A stretch of 64,000 nt of DNA from Octopus bimaculoides (taxonomy: Eukaryota): assembly GCF_001194135.2 (NCBI RefSeq), contig NC_069003.1:33407815-33471814 (forward strand), written 5' to 3'. Numbering within the stretch: the first letter of the stretch is position 1; every line of letters starts with the position of its first letter. The notes beneath the pieces are model-generated. The model was given only the letters and a program-made list of their open reading frames with translations, had not been told where the DNA came from and made no database searches. The position numbers were made by a program, and so were the translations under genes. This document shows positions 22,708 through 34,227 of the stretch, in pieces.

Positions 22708-23595
22708 ATGGATTGTCCAAGATATGAAATGGCCCAAAATTTATCAGAGAAGAATTTCATACAATATCTGAAAGACAATAGAATCATTTCGAATCAGAAG
22801 ACATGTAGTTGTGGAAAGGAAATGAGCATAAGGCCTTCTCAGCGTGCCATAGATGGGGTGGTATGGAGGTGCCACAAGTGCAAGAATGCAGTGTCAATCC
22901 GTACCAACACTTTCTTGGAGAAGAGTAAGCTTTCTGTGTACAAAATTTTCAATCTTATTTTCGATTTTATTTTTGAAATGCCGGTAACCAGTTCCATGTC
23001 AGCAACCAATGTCAGTAAAGTCACAGCAATACAGTGGTACGAGTATTGCCGTGAAATCTGTTCGCAGAAATTATTAAAAGATAAAAAAAAATTAGGTGGC
23101 CCGAATCATGTTGTAGAAATAGACGAAGGTTTAATGTTTCGGAGAAAAAACGAAGCCGGGCGTGTGGTGCATTCATACTGGGTCGTTGGTTTCTATGACA
23201 ACACCCAGAAAAAAGGATACCTGCAACATGTTGGAGATAGAAAAGCAGAGACACTGGAGGCACTCATTATAGACAACGTAGAACCAGGGTCTATAGTGTT
23301 TACAGACCAGTGGGCTAGTTACCGGAAGCTAGAAAGCCTAGGCTACATCCATGGGACTGTGGACCTCACTCAGAATTTTGGGGACCCAGAGAGTGGTGTA
23401 GGTGGAAATCAAGTGGAGGCGTACTGGAACCGAATTAAGAGAAGGCTGAAATACAAATTCACGTCAAGTGGAGACATGCGATGGTCGCACGTCAATGAGG
23501 CCATGTACAGAGAACTTTATAATATGACGTACGACCGTGCATGGGAGAATTACAAGACCTTCCTAAAACACGTGGCAGAAATTTATCCACAATGA
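22708..23595 (+). CDS. Merlin / IS1595 (ISXO2-like) DDE transposase, intact ORF of 295 aa
   Basis: Zn-ribbon C-S-C...WRCHKC, SIRTNTF, GGPNHVVEIDE, WVVG, PGSIVFTDQWASY, H.TV...NF.DP, N.VE.YW and E..YR motifs of the DDE_Tnp_IS1595 family. No stops or frameshifts. First ATG at 22708 (the ORF track starts at TTG 22696). Confidence 0.9.
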   Translation: MDCPRYEMAQNLSEKNFIQYLKDNRIISNQKTCSCGKEMSIRPSQRAIDGVVWRCHKCKNAVSIRTNTFLEKSKLSVYKIFNLIFDFIFEMPVTSSMSATNVSKVTAIQWYEYCREICSQKLLKDKKKLGGPNHVVEIDEGLMFRRKNEAGRVVHSYWVVGFYDNTQKKGYLQHVGDRKAETLEALIIDNVEPGSIVFTDQWASYRKLESLGYIHGTVDLTQNFGDPESGVGGNQVEAYWNRIKRRLKYKFTSSGDMRWSHVNEAMYRELYNMTYDRAWENYKTFLKHVAEIYPQ

Positions 23596-24234
23596 TTTTC
23601 GAAAGGTATGTAAATGATAATTCTTATAACATATTTCTGTGTACTTTTTCGGGCATACCTACACAAGTGTGACTCCTTCAATTTTCTTTCATCACAACTA
23701 TCTGAAAAATGGAAAATGATGGAATATGCATTGTACACCCCAATCACAAAAATTTCATTAAAAGACATCCATTTTTCAGCATCGACTTTGTTTCTTCATA
23801 ACTTCCAGAAAAATGGATACTTTTTAAAAAAATTTTTTCCTTTTTTTTTTCCACCCCTCCCTCACCATCCTACTCCAGACCGGTTTTGGCCTTTTTTTTT
23901 TTTTTTTTTGCACTTCAAAACCATAGCAGAAGCCTTTTTGGTAAAAAATATTTTTAAAATTGTTAATATTTTCAGAGGAAAAAGTGAGTGATTTAAGGGA
24001 GATTTGGCTGTTGTTTCTAGCACATCCTATGACAACCCTCCTCGTTTCTTTCTCACTCACGAATATGATGTTTTTCAATATTTTTCTCTCCATAAATACA
24101 TTTATATGCTATGAAAAAAAATTTGAAAAATTGTAATTCTTTTGGCAACCTCACTCCTTGCTCCTCGTTGTTTCTGATTATAATTTAAAATATTGGAGAG
24201 CCTGAGAAGGTCATTGCTAGCAGAAAAGATGAAT

Positions 24235-24460
24235 GTCGCTGGCAGAAACATTAGCACGCCGGGCGAAATGCTTAGCGATATTTCATCTGCCGCTACGTTC
24301 TGAGTTCGAATTCCGCCGAGGTCGACTTTGCCTTTCATCCTTTCGGGGTCGATTAAATAAGTACCAGTTACGCACTGGGGTCGATATAAACGACTTAATC
24401 CGTTTGTCTGTCCTTGTTTGTCCCCTCTGTATGTAGCCCCTTGTGGGCAATAAAGAAATA
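24235..24460 (+). mobile_element. tRNA-derived SINE (family B)
   Basis: ggcagaaacattagcacgccgggcgaaatgcttagcg...ctgagttcgaattccgccgaggtcgactttgcctttcatcctttcggggtcga. Copies lie near 1385-1540, 13770-13980, 30810-31025, 33010-33225, 54090-54290, 54360-54505, 56410-56860, 60770-61110 and 62350-62900. Confidence 0.85.
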
Positions 24461-25403
24461 AAAAAAAGAAATAAGAAAGGATGAATGTAAATGATAATGC
24501 ATTTTAATAGCATACTTTTCTGTTAGAAGTATTTTTTCTTACACACATACACAGCTTCTCTTGATTGAGGTGGGGGTGAAAATAAAGTCAGGTGGGGGGC
24601 TACTTGTGAAGGTATGCCATTTTTTCATGATAAATAAGTCTAATACGTTTTTTCCTTAATTTTGCAGGCTATGTCTTCCGCTCCACTTGAGTGCTTCCAG
24701 TGTTTTCTGCCTTTCTATCGACACCAAAATTAATTTCTCTTCCAAAGAGAGAGTGGCGTTATCCCTTTCTATCACATTTTCATTAGAATGTATCAAGACA
24801 CTATGTTGTCTGTCACAAAACAGTTAAAACTTTTACTATCTTGATTGATCTGTGACTAAACCTGGATTTAATATGATTTCATACAAACTTTGCTATCAGT
24901 TATATAGATAACGAGCAGTAATGCCCGTTGTTGATCGGGTAATTACTTTTACTCTTTCTCAGGAGCCATATTCAAAGTGTTATTATATATGTAGATTTAC
25001 TCCTCCTGTATGTGTATGTTTTATAAGAAAAAACATGTAATAATTGAAGTCACACGAACTTCTGTTTGTTTATTATATGATGCTAATAAATGAGTTGTAT
25101 GTGTTATTTTATATATCAATACATGTAATGGTAATTATATAATACACAAGGCTTTGATCAACATGGAGCTGTAAATAAAAGAGAATTGCCTAACGTGCCG
25201 CACAGTAGGACTGAACCCAAGGTGACATGATTGGAAAACAAGCTTCTAAACCACACAGCCACACCTATAAAGGAGAGATACATTTTGGATAATATACTCT
25301 TTGATACAATATGCTTAACAAAAAGATGAGATGTTTACGGCAAGAAGACCTTTGATTTTACTATTAACTCGACCAACGCAACAACTAACAATGTTACACC
25401 ATG

Positions 25404-26004
25404 CAGGGTGTTCTAGAATTAACTATCTGTTTCAATGAAATTGAGAAAATTTTTAAAAACTGACAGAATTCTATGTTTATCACCAAAACAAATAGATTTA
25501 TAAATCTTACGTCAAACTTTTATTGAAAATTTTCAACATGTGTGTATCCCTGCATACTTCAAATCTCTCCTTAGCATTGTGAAACACATTTTGAAGCATT
25601 TCAGGAGTTAGCTCCTGCATTGCTAACTGAATGTGTTCTTTAAACTCAGCCAAATGATTGCTCCATCTTTGGGATGGAGGTAAAAGAAAAAAATGATAGC
25701 TGCCAAATTGAAAAAAAGCTGTTGTGGACAAATAAGAGGGGTCCAACAGGAATGAAAATAAAATTATTAAAAAATTATAAAGATTATAAAATTATTAACA
25801 AAATTTAAAATTTATNNNNNNNNNNNNNNNNNNNNNNNNNNNNNNNNNNNNNNNNNNNNNNNNNNNNNNNNNNNNNNNNNNNNNNNNNNNNNNNNNNNNN
25901 NNNNNNNNNNNNNNNNCTTTTAAACATGATAAACATAAATACAAGTGAGTTTTAAAAAATGCGTCTGATTTCTCTCAAATCATGATTAATTCTGGGACAC
26001 CCTG
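25404..26004 (-). mobile_element. Tc1/mariner-superfamily element remnant with both TIRs
   Basis: TIRs CAGGGTGTTCTAGAATTAA / TTAATTCTGGGACACCCTG. ORF 25507-25746 carries LAEFKEHIQLAMQELTPEMLQNVFHNAKERFEVC, typical of the transposase C-terminus. It contains an N gap. Confidence 0.75.
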
Positions 26005-27754
26005 TGTTTATTCGTCTGACTAAACGGGGGGGGGGGGAACACAGGGAAGGGGACTAATTGCAGGTGGCGAGCATAGCTTCCAGAAGTGGCACGTGGTCAA
26101 ACTCAAATGGCTGAGTCACAACAGCAGACATGCTAACGGGCTATGCTGTGTTGCGCGGGATTGGAAATGTGAAACATCAACAAGGTACTTCTGGAGAATG
26201 GATGAATGGGTTTGTTGTGCCTTTACCCAGCTGCACACACATGTACATGGCTTGGTAGTGTGCGGGATGGCAACATGAAACATCAACAGGGTGCTGACAA
26301 AAATTTTAATGCTCTTTTCATTCCCTCTGCCACATTGGACAAAAAGGTTTTCATGAAATATTATACAGTACTTATAATGCATAAGTAGTGTCAATATTTT
26401 ATTGTCGGAAAATGGCCTAAAAAGTTATGGGCCAAAATGCTTTAAAAATGCATTTTATCTGCCCCTGGGCCTGCATTAGGCAAGAAGTTGAAAATATTTT
26501 GACCCATGACACTCCATGGGCCCTATCTAATGCATGTGTAAAATATGAATGAAATCGGTTGAGTACTTCTCAAGTTTTAGGGATTCACACAGACAGACAG
26601 ACACACATTTTCAGTTTTATATATATTGATTGCAAACATAACTTTTTTATGTATACACCATCTGAACATGATCGTTGCCAAGACACTGACTGGCCCCCGT
26701 GCACTAACACTAGTTGTCAAGCAGTGGTTGGCAACTGAGACACACACACTTAGATGGACATATATCCGTTGTCCATGCTGGCATGTGTTGAACAGTGTGA
26801 CCAGAGCTGGCCAGTGGGGAGCTGCACCGGACTCCAGTCTGATTTGGCATGGTTTCTATGGCTAGATACCCTTCCTAATGCCAACCACTTTGCAGAGTGT
26901 GGCTGGGTGCTTTTTTGTGGCACCACATAGGAGCTTTTACATGGCACTGTCACAAATATTTTATACCATTAGAGGGACTGGTTTTAACATTTCTGCTGTG
27001 GAATATGGGACTTCTTGAGTACAGCAAGGTGCCAGGCATCTGGGATGCCTATTTTCCTTTCTGTGGCACCAGCAGTAGTGAAGATCACTATCATCCAGCC
27101 ATCTTGTTCTTGGTCTTATCCTATGTCTCTTACTGATTGGCTTGGCTTGTGATTCTTTCCTCCAACTTTCTGATCTCTGAGTTACATACCATTGAGTAAA
27201 TATCACTCCAGAGACCCTTCAGATGAACTCCATTTCAGCCATCTGTATTTGCTATTGTATCCTTGTGGTTGTTACTCAACATAAATATTAGTTAATGACA
27301 TGTGGCATAACAAAATAATAATGAAAAAAAAAATTAATTAAGCAGTACATATGTCATTTTTAATGAATTGTAAGATTCTACCACAATGTATATATATATA
27401 AAAGAGGGATTAGGTTTTCTGCAGGCGAAACTCAACTTACAAGAGCAGTAAATGTGTTGTGTTGTTAGGCAAGGTACACATGTTTTAAAGCTAGATGTTT
27501 AACATAGAAAGGCCATCCTAAATACACATGGGTTACAGCTGGGATTAATAAAATAGGCTTACATATTGAAATATAACACAGAGAATGAATAAAGTTTAAT
27601 ATCATATCTCTTTATCTCTCTGTATATATATATATATATAATTTTTATGTAAATGAACGAATAACACAAAGACAAAAAGCTAATAAAACATCGCAAAAGA
27701 CACTAAATACAGTAATAGATTACAATTTAAATCAATTCAACTGCAATTTCGTCA

Positions 27755-27930
27755 TGACATCCAATGTAGACGCCATGCGACTGACTCATTGCGCATGCGT
27801 CGCCGATAGATTATGGTCGCTGGAAAAAAAACTGAAAATAGCTTCGGTTCGGTTCAGTAAGAGTATTGAATGTTTTCATACAACTCTACACTATAAAGCT
27901 TTCAGCTGAATTTCTCGTATTTGTAAGTAA
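27755..27930 (+). promoter_or_regulatory. PRDM gene promoter and non-coding first exon
   Basis: CCAAT at 27761-27765, YY1-like CGCCAT at 27771, TGACTCA at 27782-27788, NRF1-type TGCGCATGCG at 27790-27799, CpG-rich; donor TTT|gtaagt at 27923; second YY1 motif AAAATGGCG at 28043-28051. Confidence 0.65.
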
Positions 27931-28950
27931 GATTTTTCTATTTTTCATAAATGCTTTTACATCGTTACAAATTTATTCTAAAGCCTTCCACGGCGAATTC
28001 TTCCGATGAAGTTCTCCTCAAAACATTTTTGTTCACATCTAGAAAATGGCGCTGGGATGAAGATTTCCGTTCCGTCATTTTTGACTTGGATTTTTTTCCT
28101 GGATTCTTTTTCTAAACATTCTAAAACCTTTTTGTATTAAACAAATCATATACTATCTTAAATAATTCCATTTATATTTTTAAACCAAATACCGAAGTGA
28201 GAAAAATCATATGAACGATATACTCTTATCCCGCCATGTACGCCTTATTTTATAATGTACATTTCTTAAATATATTAAATTATTTTAGACTACGATCGTA
28301 TTTTGTGTTCGTCATTCCCACCGAAAGTATAATTTTTTGCCGTAGTAATAACTCGGTTTAAAATATAATAATTTATAATATATTCGGTTGTTTCTTGAAT
28401 CGCCGTTTATAAATATGCATGTGTGTATATTTCGGGTTCAATGTCGTAGCCAGTGATACTTTTTATAAAATCTTGTTAATTGTTTTTAGTTTTCCCTTTG
28501 CAAACAATCTGCGTGCACCTGTCATATGTCGTTGATCAGTGTGGGACTTAAGTCCTCCCTGTGAAAACGAATCTACCAGTTCAACAAACATATACACTAA
28601 CATATATATATTTAATGTTTGTCGGCAGGAGTTGTATAGGCTTCTCATAATATTTTCACACACACACGTGTGTATGTATATGTAAATATATATATATATA
28701 TTTATACATATATATAACCTTTATTATTGATATATATATATATATATATATATATACGAGTGTGTGTGTACCCCTATTGGCGCTGGCTGTTTTAGTTAAT
28801 TATATAGTGTGTTGAAAATTATAATATGAGTATTTTAATACACTACTTTTTATAAGCTGTAGCTTTCATAGTCATCATCCTAGCTTTATGTGTGTATGTA
28901 CGATGTGTAAATCCTGCGTCCCCACCCCACCCCGCGCGTATATATATATG

Positions 28951-28996
<46 letters not shown>

Positions 28997-29619
28997 CAGT
29001 CATTTTTGTCTACCGTCATCCTGGAGCACCGCCTTGAAGGATTTTTGTATAAACAACTTGACCTCAGCTGGTAAACTGTGTTTACGTCCCCGTAACCTAG
29101 CGGTTCCGCAAAAGGAACCGATAGAATAAATACTAGGCTTACAAAGAATAAGGCCAGGGGTCGATTTGCTCGACTAAAGGCAGTGCTCCAGCATGGCCAC
29201 AGTCAAATGACTGAAACAAGTAAAAGAATATACACACACACACACACACACACACAGGATTCCTTTGCATTACACAAGTGATGTGTTCCTGAAAATCTGT
29301 CCATAAAATTCATTTTCCCAAACTTTTTCTGGTACATTGTTTATAAAAAATAAGAAAGAAAAGCAACACAACACAACTGCTTTTATGTATGAAAATAAAT
29401 TGTTAAACATCCATAATACGATATATATACATAAAACATTTGAAGAGAAAGGTGTTAGGGGACAAAATGTCTGTTGTCCATGCTGGCATGGGTTGGACAG
29501 TTTGACTGGAACTGGTAAGCTGGAGAGCTGCACCAGGTTCCAATCTGATTTGGCATGGTTTCTATGGCTGGATGCCCTTCCTAATGCCGACCACTTTACA
29601 GAGTGTGTTGGGTGCTTTT

Positions 29620-29930
29620 ATGTGGAATTTCCTCTGTAATTCCCTTAAAGATTTAGCTACAAGAACTAGATTATCACCATGTAGGAGTTCCCATGAAAAA
29701 CCAGTCTTAAACTCATCTCTGATGAAAAAGGGAAGTGAAAATATGAATGGGTTAAGGAGTGAGGTGGGTGGGAGTACTGTATGATTACAGTTAATAGAAC
29801 GATTACCAAATTCATGGGCACTTACTCCTTGTACCTCTGACTCAAACCATAAAAACTCTGCATTCTCCTTGTGTATGCACTCACACACATCATTGTGCTG
29901 ACATACAACATATGTAGCTACAGACATTAC
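29620..29930 (-). pseudogene. RTE reverse-transcriptase core fragment
   Basis: EFKTGFSWELLHGDNLVLVAKSLRELQRKF is a degenerate form of RTE EF..G.PWELLYADDLVL.AES..ELQ.KF. Confidence 0.75.
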
Positions 29931-30297
29931 TAGTCTGTTGATACTATCATTGTTGTTGCCAGTTGGTTATTTAGAAGTTGATGTTGTTGGTGATGGTGTA
30001 GCATATTTTTGTTGGTGGCAATGATCATGCTGTTCTCTTTAATTGTATTGTCGTTGCTGTTTAGTTCCTAATCAATCTTCATTCACCTTAGACCAAGATT
30101 TCAACTTTTAAAATACACTAGAGTAGCACATTTCCTGTTGTCTTTTATTTTAGATGAAGTGCCTTATCTTCTTTTTGTTGCTGTTGTAAAACAATGATAT
30201 TTTTATATATTTCTTTCTGTTTTTATCTTTGACTTTTGTTATTCATTTTACAGCTGGTTGAGGTGGGGCACCACCTGCCACACACCATCCTATTGAG

Positions 30298-30313
30298 ATG
30301 GAAGAGAATGAAT
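30298..30313 (+). CDS. PRDM-family gene, coding exon 1 (exon 30254-30313)
   Basis: ttttacag|CTGG...ATG GAA GAG AAT GAA T|gtaagt; MEENE, phase 1 matches the next exon. Confidence 0.7.
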
Positions 30314-30444
30314 GTAAGTAGCAACCATTTTTGTTTCATTCACTCAGTTCACAACCTTTTATATTCAGTTCATTAAGTTGGACAAATATCATCACATCCA
30401 CAGCTATTGGAGAAATGTTATTATTTATATTATTTTAATTGAGT

Positions 30445-30690
30445 TAATGCCCTCACTCACACCATTAAATTGAATATCATGACTATCACCCTTAAATTGA
30501 TTTAATGCCCTCACTTACCATTAAATTGAATGAATATCATCACTCATCCCATTAAATTGAATGTCATGACTTTCACCATTAAATTGAATAGCATGACTAT
30601 CACCCTTAAATTGTGTCATCACTGTTACCATTAAAATGGATGTTATCTTCTAGATGAGACCAGTGTCACCATTAAACTGAATTCACATTT
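30445..30690. repeat. Degenerate tandem repeat of about 27 bp in a PRDM intron
   Basis: About 9 units of caccattaaattgaatatcatgactat. Confidence 0.8.
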
Positions 30691-31167
30691 CAATTGGGTG
30701 GGCATTAGTTAAGTAAATCAGCTCCAGTACTTGACTGGGGACTTTTTCGACCTTAGAAAAATAAAAGACTAAAACAAGCTTTACTGTTCTTGCCATTCTG
30801 CTACTCCAATAATGGTTTCAAATTTTGGCACAAGGCCAGCAATTTTTGGGGAGGGGCTAAGTCAGTTACATCAACACCAGTTCTCAACTGGTACTTATTT
30901 TATCAACCCCGAAAGAATGAAAGGCAAAGCTGACCCTGGTGATATTTGAATTCAGAGTCTGAAGTTGGAAGAAATATCATAAAGAGCGGTTTTTCTGGCG
31001 TGGTAATGATTCTGGTAGTCTGCCACCTTGTTCCACTACTTTAATAATAATAATAATAATAACAATAATAACAATAATAATAGTAGTGGTGGTGGTGGTG
31101 GTCTGAATGTCTTTACAACAAGCCTTGATATCAAAAGTGTTTTGTTTATCGTATTCTGTCTCAACAG

Positions 31168-31438
31168 CTCAAGAAGAGAAACCTACAATAATCTGTGCGT
31201 CCCAAGATGAAGTCACAGCCGCAGTGTCGGCCCTCGGCGGAGCCACAACTGCAACAGCTGTTGTCACAGAAGCTGCCGAAGCAGTTACAGTGGCAACAGT
31301 ATCCGATGCTGCAACAGCAACCACACTCTTCCTTGACCTCTATGCTGGATGTGATGTATGTGGCGGTGACCACCTCACTGAAGAATGTCCAGAACTTGGA
31401 CTCAACACACCAGTTGGAGAGTTCAAAGTGATGTCAAA
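31168..31438 (+). CDS. PRDM-family gene, coding exon 2 (PR zinc knuckle)
   Basis: tctgtctcaacag|CT CAA...TCA AA|gtaagg; encodes CDVCGGDHLTEECPELG, a knuckle of the type preceding the PR domain in PRDM4/10/11/15. Confidence 0.85.
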
Positions 31439-31672
31439 GTAAGGAGTATTTCCATCTATCTGTCTATCTCTCCTTCATTCTTTCCCTTTTTCTCTCCCCT
31501 TTCTCTTTCCTCACCCCTCTCTTTATTGTTTTTTTCCTTTGTCCCCCTCTCTCTGTCTCTCTAAAACAACATAAAATAGGGTTGATAATGTGTCATATCT
31601 TTGAATATTAACATTAAAATCTAATTGATTAATTAACATAATGCGTTATGTGTATTTGTATATATATATATT

Positions 31673-31927
31673 TATTGGGTTGGTGCATAATTATTGCGGC
31701 TTTTTTTCAACAAATTTTATTCAACAAAAACAATGACAACATGTAACAAAAGCATCTTTAAATGATTATTCCGGAGCATATTCACCATCTACTTCAATTA
31801 CTGCTTCCCATTTGCTTGGCAGACGGTCAGACCGTCATTTAAAGATGTTTTTGTTATATGTTGTTATTGTTTTTGTTTAACAGAATTTGTTGCAAAAAAG
31901 CTGCAATAATTATGCACCAACCCAATA
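31673..31927. mobile_element. Mariner MITE (Hsmar1/MADE-like TIR) in a PRDM intron
   Basis: TA-TTGGGTTGGTGCATAATTATTGCGGCTTTTTT / AAAAAAGCTGCAATAATTATGCACCAACCCAA-TA, with arms pairing for about 90 bp. The centre holds the mariner C-terminal remnant LPSKWEAVIEVDGEYAPE*. Confidence 0.9.
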
Positions 31928-32658
31928 TATTTTTGTGAGTAACCATTTCAAGCTGTTGAAGTTGTTTCCCTTTATAAGATTAACTTTGTAAATTATTCAA
32001 CACAGGTTCTAATTACTGGTATGGCTGTTCTGTTTATTTATTATTTTTTTTTTTGTATTCAAAACTTTATTCTGCCGTCTGCTTTGTCTCATAATGCTCA
32101 AAAAATGTTTTTATGTTCAGAAATTCTGACAATCAAAATTTATTTTTTTCTTTTTCTCATTGGTAAATCAAATCAATACATACAATATGCTTTAGTTACG
32201 AATGAGATCAAAATCTTGTTAGTTCATTCATAATGTTAGTAAAGTTCAGTAAAAAAGGAAACGACTTTGTGGTTTCTTACAATCAAAACTACAAGTAATG
32301 AACCCAGTTCACAGGAAACTTTTCCCCTGCTCCCTTTCCTATCTTTGCGATCCTATAACATGATTTCGTTCTGCTGTGTGAAGCCAGTTTTTACAGGGGA
32401 GTAGAGTTGCTTTGTTTCTCCATCTACCTTTCCATGCTGGCATGGGTTGGACAAGACTACTTGTGGCAGTAATCTTGATGCCAGCCCTGACTAGTTTATT
32501 CAAGTAAGGTGCTTTATCTCAATGGGGATAAGCACACGCGCACACACATGCATGATGTTCTACCATTTTTGCTACTCCAACAACCTTTTAAATTTCTTTT
32601 CTTTTTTTAATCTTTCTTCCAAACTTTGTCACTCTGTTCCTGTGTCGTCACCTGTCAG

Positions 32659-32821
32659 GGCACGCCTTACACTACCGTCCAACTTGATGTTGCTAGAACA
32701 TATAGATTCATCTCTGACTGTGGTGGCTCAACATGTGATACCAGCCAAGACACAGTTTGGACCATTTGAGGCCAGAAGAACAACTCAGGACCTTGATACT
32801 GACAATATCTTCATTCTAAAG
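32659..32821 (+). CDS. PRDM-family gene, coding exon 3 (PR/SET N-half)
   Basis: cacctgtcag|G GCA CGC...CTA AAG|gtaatt; (K)ARLTLPSNL...IPAKTQFGPFE, the PRDM10/15-like motifs RARxxLP and IPKRTQFGP. Confidence 0.9.
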
Positions 32822-33617
32822 GTAATTCCAATTATTGATAATTTTACCTTCAGAATTAATTAAGAGATTCCTTTCTTCCTTTTTTATTTTCATGCTTTTT
32901 TTTTTTTTTGCTTTTTTTTAATGAGTAGACTTGCGTCTGTGCATAAATGTGTTTCGTTCTTATCATTTTACATCATCTTTCATTCCATACAAACACAGGT
33001 TAGACAAGAGTCATAGTTGTTTATTTCTTTATTGCCCACAAGGGGCCAAACATAGAGGGGACAAACAAGGACAGACAAAGGGATTAAGTCGATTACATCA
33101 ACCCCAGTGCGTAACTGGTACTTATTTAATCGACCCTGAAAGGATGAAAGGCAGAACGTAACGGCAGCCGAAATACCGCTAAGCATTTCACCCGGTTTGC
33201 TAAGGATTCTGCTAGCTCACCACCCTGAGTGTCATAGTTATTTGTCGTCTTATATATGTGTGTGTGTGTGTATATNNNNNNNNNNNNNNNNNNTATATAT
33301 ATGACAGGCTTCTTTCAGTTTCCATCTACCAAATCCACTCGCAAAGCTTTGGTCGGCTTGAGGTTATAGTAGAAAACATTGGGCATGTGTCTTCTACTAT
33401 ACCCTCAGACTGACCAAAGCTTTGAGAGTGAATTTGGTAGATGGAAACTGAAAGAAGCCTACTTCCAATTCCCATTATTTCCCCCTTCCTACTGTCTCCA
33501 CCAGTCACCACCTTTCCATGCCTTCTTGACTCTGTTACTCCTCATCATTAACATATTTTTGTCCTTAATTAAATGAAGCTTGTATTTTTTCTAACTCTTG
33601 TAATCTTCCTGTAACAG

Positions 33618-33864
33618 ATCTTATCTAAAGACGGTGCTGTTGTCTCTCTTGACACTTCTAACGAAAACGATTGCAACTGGATGTGTTTGCTGCAATGTGC
33701 ACTGGACGAGGAGGAACAGAACTGCATTGCTTACCAGTTAGGAACAAACATCTTCTACAACAGCATCCGAACTATCCAAGAAGGGGAGCAACTGAAGGTC
33801 TGGTATGCCTTACATTATGCTAAAAAGTTGGGCAAACCAGTGAAGCCATGCAAAGATTATAGGG
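33618..33864 (+). CDS. PRDM-family gene, coding exon 4 (PR/SET C-half)
   Basis: cttcctgtaacag|ATC...AGG G|gtaaga; DTSNENDCNWM...A..EEEQNCIAYQ...IFY...R.I..GEQLKVWYA, a canonical PR-domain signature. Confidence 0.92.
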
Positions 33865-34227
33865 GTAAGAGTAAAGTTTTAGGTTCAAAATTGATGATGT
33901 TAAAAGTTAGGTAAATAGGTTATTTTTTATTAAACATAACTAGCCTGGGGACATTTTGATACCACCTCAAATATTAAAAGCTAGCAAAATATCATTAATT
34001 TGTGTTCCAAACATCAGTATAATAACGACAGTTATTTTCCTAAATTCTTCATTAGTTTCAAAATTTATTAAAACAAAGGCGCTGTTTGTCAGCAGATATA
34101 TGGTAACAAAACGGTTAACTTATTATGCACACATATACACAAACATTTATTACTAAGTGAATAATCTCTTTTAATCTCCAATGTTTTCCCACCATATATA
34201 ATTTCTTTTTTTTTTTTTTTTTTTCAG

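Noticed and set aside
26395-26625. Possible Helitron-type non-autonomous element (aaatcggttgag...acagacagac...ttttatatata)
   Set aside because: The resemblance is only general, and I could not confirm the terminal hairpin or ends.
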